A stretch of 63,946 bases of DNA, the filler included, from Basidioascus undulatus (taxonomy: Eukaryota): NCBI GenBank assembly GCA_000826855.1. It is 4 parts of 4 records of this genome, joined end to end, with 100 filler letters (N's around TTAATTAATTAA, not from the genome) between each part and the next. Parts side by side here need not be neighbours in the genome. Positions count along the whole stretch, not along the records: positions 48,258 to 63,946 come from JTLS01000626.1; 3 more parts are not named here. One strand, written 5' to 3'. The position numbers were made by a program, and so were the translations under genes. The stretch's first letter is position 1; each line of letters opens with the position of its first letter. Below the pieces are notes generated by a model that saw only the letters and a list, made by a program, of their open reading frames with translations, ran no database searches and had not been told where the DNA came from. Shown one piece after another: positions 53,841 to 63,946 of the stretch.

Positions 53841-56800
53841 GGGGTGTTGCGGAGCGTTGCGGGCGGAGGTGGGACCATGGCGAAGTGAAGGGGTATGAGT
53901 GGGATGCCGGACTGTTGCAAGAGATTTTGAGCTAGCTTTGGTCGATTTTATCGGTTGAGGCTGGCTTTGTTCGTCAGAACTGTTGGGGCTCGTCGCATCG
54001 TTAGAGGCCGGGCGGCAAGTTTGCAGAAGGGCGGGCACGCACGACAGTTCATGCCCACACATACCGAAGGCACAAGCAATTGATGCTACTCTTATCGACT
54101 TAAGGTCCGTATCTCAGGAACGAAGCGTCGGGTTTTTGATCACACCGTTTCCAAGGAGCGAGGGCGTCCTGACGTCCTGAAACGCTGGCCCGCGGCTCGC
54201 CCTATCTTCCGACGGTCATTATCCCCGCTTCCCACCCTACGCTCGGCTAGTCCGTAGCCCTCCATTTAATCTCTTGTCCTCAGAGCTGGGCCTCCTGGAC
54301 TATTTCCGCTGCACATTTCATCATGGAAGCTGGGCGCTCGGACGCGAGCTGGGTCGGCAGCGGTTTCAATCGCATTCTCCTCAGCGCCGGCGACTAAGCG
54401 TCGCGGGAAGTAGCAGGCAAGGACCTAACGGCCAGAGTTAGGCCTTTCAAATTCTGTTTTCTCAGAGACTATACTGATCATGGGCGGAGGTAGACGACCT
54501 CGACAACGTCGCGCGAGCAGCAACGGACCTTCACGCTCTGCTCAAGCACTTGCGCGACCGCAATGGTGCGTGTCTTCCCACCCCCCCAAGGAGCCTGTAA
54601 GTGACTGAGGGAGGGATTTATCCAACAATGCCCAGCTTCCCCCTGTCCCGGCTAAAGCCTCGAGCGTTTGGTCGACGCTCTACAAGACGGTGTCGTGCGA
54701 GAACGAGAAGCTTGCCCTCAAGTGGAGCCAATCCCCTGGACGTCTATCTAGCCTTCGTGAGTTGCAATATTTTCAGGAATTGGGTATTTTACCTCACCAA
54801 ATCCCTCCAGATCGGACTCTTCAGCGCTATGTCACGGTATTCGTGATCTACTCTTTCGCATCAAGCAAGACGAGGCCGCCATCACCAACGCCTTCCTCAT
54901 CCGCGTCACCGGAGTCACCCGAAATAAAGCCGCGTTCTTTCGGGCCCAAAAAGTCTAACGTCCGCGCGCACTTCTGGTGGTCGATTTCCTTGATGGTTAG
55001 CGTACGTCTTGTGCTCGTACGGCGAGACCGGACATTGCGTTCCATCGCTGGGTCCTCTCTCCTTTTCGCCCTTCGGAAGCCTGCGCGGTTCGTCAGACCT
55101 CCACGGTTTGCCCTAGCAGTATGCTGCTGACCCGAGCTCTTCCAGAGACGGACGCTTCCATCCCCATGGATGTGATCCAGTCGCCGCGCCGCCCGCAGCT
55201 CAGCAACTTGTCTACTTCCGCGACGACTCTTTTGGGCTCCACTTTCTTCGCGAACGCACTTGAACGACTTCGCTCACCAAGTATAGCTGTATTTTAATAT
55301 TTTCTTGGCCAAAATGTCCATTCATGACTCTCTTGGTCAAGCTTGAGTTCGGCAAAATCTTGTGCTCGTCAGTGCATGCGAGATCTGTCGATGTTAGCCG
55401 TGCACCTGTTCCGCCAACCGACAAAGGCAAAGCATGCTCGTGACGCTACCAGACCCTGTTTCAGTAATCTTTTTCAGGGCGGTGTTGATTGAGGAGGCCA
55501 TATAATACGTCCAGCGCGGGAATAAAAGCTGGGTCATGGGTGTGCAGTTTGGTGTATACGAGGAGGGGAAGTTAGCGGAACGGAACCCACCTTTTGGAGA
55601 GGATGGGCGACGCGGGCGCTTCGGGCGTACTGCTCACGTTGCAGACGACGGAGTATGGAAAAGAGTATATCCTAAATCTAGGGTATCAGGCATTCGACTA
55701 GCTAAAGCAAAAAGATAACAAACAGGCAACATACGGCGGCGTGAGCTTGTTTCACAGCTGCTTGAGTCGCCGCCAAGCCAAGCATGCTTATTTTCATTGG
55801 ATCCAAGAAAAAATTCAAGATACACAAAGGGGGGGTACTAGAATCATTTTTCTATTCTACATCAAGATTAGAGCGGGGGTGACGTGATAGCGGGCACATG
55901 GCGCACCCAAGGAGCGTTCGAGTTCGAGGGGATAGCCACCTTGCTTTTGAGTGACATATCTAACAATTCTGTGAATGGCTCAGTAGATCCCAGCTGTAGG
56001 ATTGAGCCACTTGAAACGTCAAGTGCTGCTCATCATTCGGCGCGAGCGCTGGCATGGCGGGAGCTGGAAAGCAACAGCGCTGCAAAGACCATGGTGACGG
56101 CCTGTTGCCGCAGCTTCCCAAAACCGTGTTTCCCTTTTTTTTTATTCCCATCTTTTTATATGGATCGTGAAGCCTGTATACCTCGAACCCGCACCCGAGG
56201 ATGACGCATATTCGCATCCGGCGGTTCACCGGCCCTGCAGCCCTCGCCAGTTCCGCCCCTTTCCCTCGTTAACTACCCTCCAAGCCGAATCTTGATAAGA
56301 TTTTTGGTCTAGCCTGCTCGCTGTCCACATCGATAGCACTCCCAGGGCGGTGGAGCGGGGGAGGGGTGGAAGGAAGACACATTGCATGACGCGGAGCGCA
56401 AGCCACTTTATGCCTTGTTGACCTTTCGACAACGAGTGATGCCTAGAATAATTGTTAAGCAGGTTCTGAAGAGAGTATTTGGTATAGCTCATCCAAGGAG
56501 CGGCAAGGTCCGTTCTGATGTGCAACGCAATTAACAACGTGTGCTTCGGGACGGAAGCGTTGCTGTGTAGTTCCCGAGTGAGGATGCGTGAACGCAGAGT
56601 TTCTTGGGCCCCGAATGCTTATTATTTTGCTACCGACTCAATGCACTCGCAACGCGAGAAGGAGCTGAGGTCCCTGGAGGAAGGAGGGGGGGGGGACGCT
56701 TCTGAACCGTGGCGACCAGGTCGCGCGGTCGCCGGCCCGAGGGACTCAGAGGAGTCCCGTTTTATTTGTTGAGGAAATGAAGATTCTTTTTCTTTGAAAT

Positions 56801-57700
56801 CTTGTGTTTGCTCTTGTAAGAGCTCGTTATGTCCTTGTGGGCTTGCATCTTCCCTCCGCCCATATTGCGAGCCACCACTTCTCAACACGTCGCCTGCAGC
56901 TCGCTCACGGCCTTGCCTCGCCTTGGTATCAAGATTTTATTAAGGAAAACTATATGAGTTCCGTATCTGCAATCAAAAAATCTACTTAGGTAAGAAAACC
57001 CTCCGCCATCTTGGCGGGAAATGCCCATATCGGACTCCTTTTGACTATGAACCGAGGGTTACCGGGTGTTGATCTTTCTCTGAGAGCCTCCGAAGACCCC
57101 AAACCTATTGATTTAGCATGATCTCCCAAATGTAAAGAGACATTATATGGCACTCAGGTCAACTGGCAGACGGTGGTTGCACACGTAAACTGATGTACGT
57201 CATCACGTGATAGGGCTGGGAGTATTGTAGTACTAGTAGAAAATCCCCCGCCAATCTCAGAATCGACACCCCGAAAAAAAGTTAAAGTAGGGCTCTGGGA
57301 GCGGATGAGTATTGAGGGCATGACATTTATGAACATTCAAAGGTCTTAAATGTGCGAAACAAGCGAGGAGTAGGAAAAAGCGTGAAAAGGTGGACTCCAT
57401 TCGAGCCGGCGTGTTGCGGTGTGGTGGCTCGCACTGTACGTATGGGTGTGCATGCTCTTCGTGTGCATTATCGTTTGTTGACAAGAAACTTAGGCTATCG
57501 GAAGGTTTGTATCTCCCGGAATTTTGGCCCATGTTTCTCAGCCCCGCAATGGCTGAGTGTGCACGCGGTGCAGTCCGCAGATTTCGATCTTCACCCCGCC
57601 CCTCGCCACTGGCTCCGCGCGCCACCTTAACTCCCGCCCCTCACCATCGCTACTCTGCTTCCCCTGAGTCCCAAGGTCGCTTCATCAACGACTCTGCACC

Positions 57701-58690
57701 ATGCTGCACCTCCTCGACTTCCCGAACGAGCTCCTCTCGCAGATCTTCTTCGAAGCCTACTTTGCCGAGGATTCTACCGCTGCCCCAAGGCCTGCAGCTT
57801 CGTCCACGGCGGACCGGAGCACAACCGTCATGTCCTCCCTCTTCATCTGCAAGCGCACTCATCCCATCGCCTTCGATCATCTTTGCCGAGATGTGCGCCT
57901 TGCGCCCTACCACAAGGCAGCAGTGCGAATCGTTTCTCGAGCACCTAGAGAGGGACGACGGTGCCACTGGAAGGGTATCGAAGCTTGTCCTCATCGCATC
58001 TTTCTCTCAGCGCACTTTCGCATCTATCCTGGATGCATGCACCGCCGTGAAGACACTGAAGTTAGGCTCCATCCGCTCTCTATGCCCCAGAGCATGGAGA
58101 GACTGCTTGCGCCTCTGCAATCTCTTCGTCCAAGGAGTGTTTCCTTCGCATTTCCCTTCGCATCATATTGTTAGGGCTTCATTAAAGCGAGCTGCCGGAC
58201 CGTGGTGTTGGCATCTCTACGCAGCTGGGTCGAACAAGGCAGCCTTCGCGGCTTTGGGGTCGCCGGTTCGTACCTCGACAACGCTTCCAAGGCCGAGCTC
58301 TCCAATTTTCGAGTACCCTGCACACGGCTGTCGCCAGTATCGACGTTCGACTGTGTTAAGGCAGTCTTGCGCAACCCCTACGTCCAGTCCATCGAATTCT
58401 TGGGTGATCGGGACAGAAACTTGTGCCTGGGCGATTTCCATCATCCGGGGGTTTGGAAGAGAGCGAAGAGCAGGCTTTCGAGAGGCTCTTGGTGACCGAG
58501 CCGTGCCGGGATGCAGGTTTTTGGATCTTATTGCTGCTTCCTTGTGCTTGTGCGACGTGGCGCCGTACCAAAGTATGTCTATTTACGCAGCTCCCGGTTC
58601 TTGGCCCCCTCGACACACCAGGCGAACTACGATCCACCTGATCTCACCTCACTCGGCCCTCAACCCCTTGCATTGGACTTCGAGAGTCTA
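57701..58690 (+). pseudogene. F-box-like protein, frameshifted
   Basis: MLHLLDFPNELLSQIF...LFICKRTHPIAFDHLCRDVRL. The expected continuation TTRQQCESFLEHL...VSKLVL...ILDACTAVKTLKL is in another frame (shift near 57905). Confidence 0.6.
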
Positions 58691-59607
58691 GGGAGGGGTG
58701 CACAGAACACGAGGGGCGGGGGATGTGACACAAGGGAGGGACGCGACTTGGGGGACAAGGGGGACATCATAATGTGCCTTGTACGCAGCCGCCTGCCAGA
58801 GTTGTTTCTTGAAGCAGTCCCATCCCACTGGCCAGCAAAGCACATTTACTCACACCAAAGTGGAAAAGCTACCCAAGAACAAGAGAAGGGAAGACGAGCC
58901 GCGAATTCGAAAGAAAACAACAGGCACCTCTTGCTCGAACGCCACGCATTGCAGCATCTTCGCAGCCAAAAAGCTGAAACACTTTGCGCGACGCGCCTCC
59001 GTGTCAACTGTCGGGCTTGGGAACGAACCGTCCGTCCGTCACGCCTTCGACGCTTCTCAACCTTCCTCATCGTCCTCGTCGGATTCATCTTCCACTCGAA
59101 GCCAGATTCTACTCGCGTAGGACAGGGAACACCTCGTCGTCGGACCCGCCTCGACCACTTGCCCTCTCGCCACTCGGCCAAGTCGCGCACACGCGCACGC
59201 GCCTCCCTGTTCGCTTGCGTCTGACTCCCAGCTTCAGCTTGAGCATCTACCTTCCCCTCCAACTTACGACCACCCGCTCCTCCCGTCTTCGGAGCGGCTG
59301 TAGCTGAGTAGCTAAGCTTGTGAGTCCGCAGATAAATAGGCGCAGCGCCACTGTGATTGGCGTTCGGGGCGAACACCGGGCTGGTGTTTGGCTCGCCGCG
59401 TCGTCCGTCCGCCCTGGGCGGTGCTCAGCCTTGTTCCGTTCGCGGATCAGCAGCACATGATGGTGATTGTCAAGCCCAAGAACTTATTCTGATCTTCTTC
59501 CCGTCTTCCATCTTCCCTCAGAACGCGCTCGCCATCTTCATCTTCCTTTCGTGTCACCCTCCCCCACCTCTCGCCCCCGCCCCCCGCCTCCTGCCGAAAG
59601 CGACTCG

Positions 59608-61173
59608 ATGTCGCGCCCGTTCTCGCCCACGTACGGGCGCTACAACTCTGACGCGTCCGCGTCGACGTCCGCCACGGCGTCCGCGAGCGCGTCGAGGCGC
59701 GTGTCCGAGCAGCAGAGCCACTTGAGCGCCGCGCCGGGCGGGCTGGACCAGCTCGAGGCGAAGGTGGTTATACTGGGGACGCAGGGTGAGTCGGGGCGGA
59801 GATACGGGATGGAGAGGGGAAATGGTGTGGGCGGAGGGACGAGGCGATGCCTATGGAGAACGGGCGGCCACTGATTCCCACCCACCACCCTTGATCTCTC
59901 CCCCACACGCAGGCGTAGGAAAGACGTCCATCGTCCAGCGGTACACGTCCTCGACCTTCTCCCACTCCTCAACAGCATCCACCATCGGCGCGTCTTTCCT
60001 CACTAAGTGCGTCTTCCCCTTCCCCCATCTCCCTCCATCTCACACCCCCCCTCCCCACCGCAGACGCATGGTCGTAGACGGCACGAAAGTGCGCCTGCAG
60101 ATCTGGGATACGGCGGGGCAGGAGCGGTTCCGATCGATGGTGCGTTTCCCCTTGTCTCTCCTTTCCCTCTCCCCATCGGTTTTAACTAGCGAGCTGGGAG
60201 CGTACAGGCACCGATGTACTACCGTGGCGCGCACGCAGCCGTGCTCGTCTACGACCTGACGAACCCCGAGTCCTTCGCGGACATCCAGGGGTGGCTTGAA
60301 GGTGCGTCCTCACTCCTTTACCCTCCCACCCCGTCCCCACCTCCTCACCCCTCTCTTCCCTTCCTTCTCACAACCCCTCCCCCTCGTCGAAAAGAGCTCT
60401 CAAACAACATGGACCCCAGCCTAATAATCCACATAGTCGGATCGAAGCTCGACCTCGCCCCCCACCACCGGGCGATCTCCCTTCCCTACGCGCGCGCCCA
60501 AATCCGGTCCTGGACGCGCCCGCCCCCTGCCCCCACCAATACGACCACCTCCCACGCACCCTCCACACACGCGCCCCCACGGACCCCCCCGCATCCGAGC
60601 AGGTTCTTCGGGATCCCGAGTACGACGTCCCCGCGCGAGTCGGCAGAGGGCAGCGCGGAGAGCGGGGGGAGCGCCGGGAGCAGGGAGAGGAGGAGGGGCA
60701 GGGGGAGGAGCGGGAGCGCTGCGTGGGGGGCTGGAGCGGCGGGGAGCGGGAGTGAGGGGAGGGCAGGGCAGGTGGAGGAGCTGGATGAGGGGCGAGGGGT
60801 CGGGGGGGAGGAGGATATTGTGGTTAGCGAGGTGTCGGCGAAGGACGACCAGGGTGCGTTTTGCCTTCCCTCCCTTCTCCCCGCCTTCCCTTTCCGTCCC
60901 TACTCCCCTCGCCTTCCCTTCCCTCCCTTCCATCTCCTCGTCTTTCCTCCTTCCCTCCATCCCTCTTCTCATCCCTCGGAAGCTGACCTGGCACCCGCCC
61001 CCCCAGGCATCGAGGAGCTCTTCCTCTCCATCACGCGCCGCCTCGTCGCCTCGCGCGCACGGATCGCGCGCGAACGCGCAGCGCGCGAGCGCGACAGCGT
61101 CCTTCTGAGGGACGAGGACGTGCTGGACGAGCCGAACGCCCGGACGGGAGGGTGGTCGTGCTGCGGTGGTTGA
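59608..61173 (+). CDS. Rab5/Rab21-like small GTPase with large internal insertion
   Basis: [75 protein letters not shown], and a C-terminal SCCGG prenylation motif. Confidence 0.9.
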
Positions 61174-62122
61174 TCGCCCCCAGTTCACTCCTTCCCTCTG
61201 CTCTCCCCTCCTGTGACTCGACCCGATCCATCCCCTCTCCCTACCGCCACCGTACCGTACCCACGGCAACCCGTACCGTCCCCTCACTGCCCTTCGACAA
61301 TCCCTCGGCAATCCCTTCCTCCTACCATCTCATCCTACCCTCTCATCCCATCCACCCGCCCCCACCCTCACACCACACCTCACCACACCACACCACACAC
61401 ACATTATGACGACCCCCCCACGCCTATGCAACGACCGACGACACGCTAGCCCATCGCATCTCATGACGGACGGTCCTGCTTTCACATCTTTCCTCCTCTG
61501 CTCATCCCCGCTCGATACGCTACGACGCACACGATAATGCCCCTGTCCCCCCATCCCGTACCCCTACCCCGCGCCTTCCATCTCCGTCTCCATCTCCTTC
61601 TCCTTTCCCTTTCGTTCTCCGGCATTCTGGTTTATCCTCCTCTGTTCTCCCTTCTCCAAATTTTTCGTTATGTCTTTCGTCTTTTCATTTCGTCTCCTAC
61701 ATCCCACATCCCCTCCCCTCGCTTCGCTTCGTTCTGTGGTTCCTGGTTCTTGGTCTCTCGTTTCCTGTACGCACGCATGCATGACGCGCTGTGATCCTCA
61801 TCTGATAACCTGTTTTCTTCGGTGAAATTGCAATTGTTTGGAGTTTATGTGGAGGGAGTTTGTGGGTTTGGGTTGAGTCCAACTGGCTTGGGGTCCGGGG
61901 CTAGCTGCCGCAGCGGAGCGTTGGATTCAACCCAATTCGAACTTCCGCAACGCTCGAATCTTAGAGGAACGCTGCAAATAAAGGTGGCGAAAACGGAGCT
62001 GTGGTGGTTCTTCCGTGTTTTCGTACTCCAACCGCGCTCGTTGTCCCTTGGCCACCACCTTAACCAGCCCCTCGATCCTTCACTGCCACTGAATCGTATT
62101 GATTTTCCCAAACATCGCCATC

Positions 62123-62669
62123 ATGTCTCGCGGTCTCAAGCTGCCTTACGACGTTCTCGCACTTATCATCAGCGAATTCGCCGCACCTTCCCAGCCCCTT
62201 GGCGTACGCCCGCGACTCGGCGACGCCGTGCTCTGCCTCGTCTCGAAGTGTCTCCATCTCATCGCCTCCAAGGTCCTCTACACCTCGATTAAGCGTCAAC
62301 AGTGCACGCCAGACCCATCTCGCTCGAACCTTCAAGACTCGGCCTCACCTCACGCGACACGTCCACTCGATCGCGCTCTGCCTCACGCACCCGTCCAACC
62401 TCGGCACTACTCCCGCTTCGAATGCGAGCTCACCATCATCCTCAAAGCTGTTGCGCCGAGCGTCTGGCGCTTCGCAACTAGCTACCCGAGCATGGTGCCG
62501 CTGTTCACGCCGGCCCGGATGCAGCAGTACCTCCGGAAGGCGGTTCAGTAATTGGAAGAGTACGTCGGCGACTGGCTGCAGTCATCCTCGGGCCTCAACG
62601 CCGATCACCCCAACTTGTACGAGAGGGGTCAGCATGGAGGAGCACGATACACGGCCGCACGGCAGCTAG
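62123..62669 (+). pseudogene. F-box-like protein, frameshifts plus premature stop
   Basis: MSRGLKLPYDVLALII...LCLVSKCLHLIASKVLYTSI, then SVNSARQTHLARTFKTRPHLTRHVHSI in another frame. TAA at 62549-62551 is followed by more coding-like sequence. Confidence 0.6.
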
Positions 62670-63607
62670 GCGCGGGGACACATTGCATCCAGGAGCCGAT
62701 AACGCATCAAGACGGTCGTCAGCTATAAATTTACATAGTTGGAATATTGGGGTTGTTCTCCACTTGGGACCGAGGAAGTGCGAGCGAGGACGCCACTTGT
62801 TAAACCGCGTGTTGTTGCTGAGCTTCGAGAGGTCGGGCAGATTTTGTTGGGGAGTCGTCCCGGGCGTGAAGACCACTGGGAATGGCGGTGACGGCGCCTC
62901 CTATGAGCGCAAGGTCAGTGAGGCTTCTCAGCATGGCGAGAGGTTGAGGAAGAGGAAGGGAAGACGGTCGTTGTAACTTCGCCTTCCTCGTTTTTATGAG
63001 GGCCCGTCCTCGCGGATGTTTCTCGGTGTATTCCTGCACCCGACGATGCCCCGTGCCCCTGGATCAACCCAACAAAAGGACCAGGAACGGGAACGCGATG
63101 CGATGCAACGAGGATGAGTGAGCACGGGGGGCCGCCTCGATCATGCTAAAGAGTGAGATGACCTCAGAACCGCCCGATACAGCGCTCGATGCGGTGGGCC
63201 CCTGTTTTAGCTGCAATGCTCCGCTGGACGGACGTAGGCGGTGGGTCCCCTGCAAGCAACAGGCGAAGGTACCGACGGCCAGACTGGGAGAGAGGATCAC
63301 TGATACTATATTCGCCTTTCGAATGAGGAGGTGTTGATGCAGAACAAGTTACAAAAGGTCGTAGGAGGTTGGTGGAGTACGCTGGTCGGCGTGTCGGATC
63401 CGGACGCGGAGAGCCCGGACGACGCACACCACCAGGACCTGGAAACGTCAGGCAGATGGACGTCCGTGGTCCGAAGAAGATGCGTATATTGATAAGAACC
63501 ATATGCTATGCTGAATCCATAAAAATGATGCAAAAGCGAAACGAAGCGTGACAGTCTATGCAAGCCATCCAGGCGACTCCCCAGCCCCAGCCCATCCCCT
63601 CAAATCA

Positions 63608-63946
63608 TCAAGCCGCCCACAGCGCGACCGCCACCCCCAACCCCAGCGTCAGCGCCGTCCCCACCCCCGCGCCCGCGCGCACCCCAACCGCTCCATTCCC
63701 ATCTTGCATCGCCGGGCTGTTACTTCCCGGGGTGGCCGAGTCTGCGTCGGACGCGGTGGGCTGGACGAGCACGACGCTCGTGCTCCTTAAAACGGTGACA
63801 ACAGCTTCAGCGTCGGAGCCCGTGCTGCTCCCTGGAAGGAGCGTCTGGAGCTGGCCGTTCGAGTCGTAGTACAGCGTGTAGCTCTGCGCGAGCTCGACGA
63901 CTTGCGTGGACGCCTCCCCGGAGGCGCCCACGTACTGCGTTACGAT
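63608..63946 (-). CDS. 3' part of a Ser/Thr-rich, probably GPI-anchored cell-surface protein
   Basis: The open frame runs off the window end. S/T/V-rich body ending NGAVGVRAGAGVGTALTLGLGVAVALWAA* (small-residue omega region plus hydrophobic tail). Confidence 0.6.
   Translation of the reverse strand: MVTQYVGASGEASTQVVELAQSYTLYYDSNGQLQTLLPGSSTGSDAEAVVTVLRSTSVVLVQPTASDADSATPGSNSPAMQDGNGAVGVRAGAGVGTALTLGLGVAVALWAA

Noticed and set aside
54323..55720. Exon-like pieces with splice signals downstream of THO2
   Set aside because: Early stops and no recognisable family. No model could be supported, so it is counted only as a probable relic.
56130..56245. GGTTCGA on the minus strand followed by an A-rich tract, as a possible tRNA or SINE
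   Set aside because: The T-stem and cloverleaf do not pair and there is no A-box. Copy-number evidence would be needed.
56990..57300. Small hairpins (CCGCCA-TCT-TGGCGG, ATCACGTGAT) and CTAG as a possible Helitron or transposon end
   Set aside because: Too short, with no matching terminus, target-site duplication or transposase ORF.

Overview
Eukaryotic nuclear DNA from an intron-rich, GC-rich basidiomycete fungus, most like a Pucciniomycotina/Microbotryomycetes yeast (short introns, GTGCGT/GTGAGT/GTACGC donors, many micro-exons). The window is not one locus. It is four ~16-kb contigs joined by artificial 100-nt spacers (44 N + TTAATTAATTAA + 44 N). Recognisable genes: VTA1, tRNA-Asn, malic enzyme, UGO1, NAT4/NAA40, RIO2, a RING E3 ligase, MDP1, CRM1, CUE5 (partial), CDS1 (5' part missing), a UapA-like NCS2 permease, a TBC Rab-GAP, MOT1 (partial), THO2 (partial) and an atypical Rab5-like GTPase. 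Most unusual observations: (1) RIO2 reads in frame into a Zn-motif plus T5orf172/Mug113 (GIY-YIG-like) nuclease module; (2) CDS1 lacks its 5' exons and abuts an S9 peptidase split into oppositely oriented halves; (3) a terpene cyclase pseudogene with its DDxxD motif split by an intron, missed by the ORF track; (4) a GC-rich LAGLIDADG endonuclease relic; (5) an intronless two-ORF island at a contig end; (6) an apparent GG-AG intron inside the NAT signature of the permease. All gene models were parsed by eye and no database searches were run, so product calls rest on recalled family motifs.
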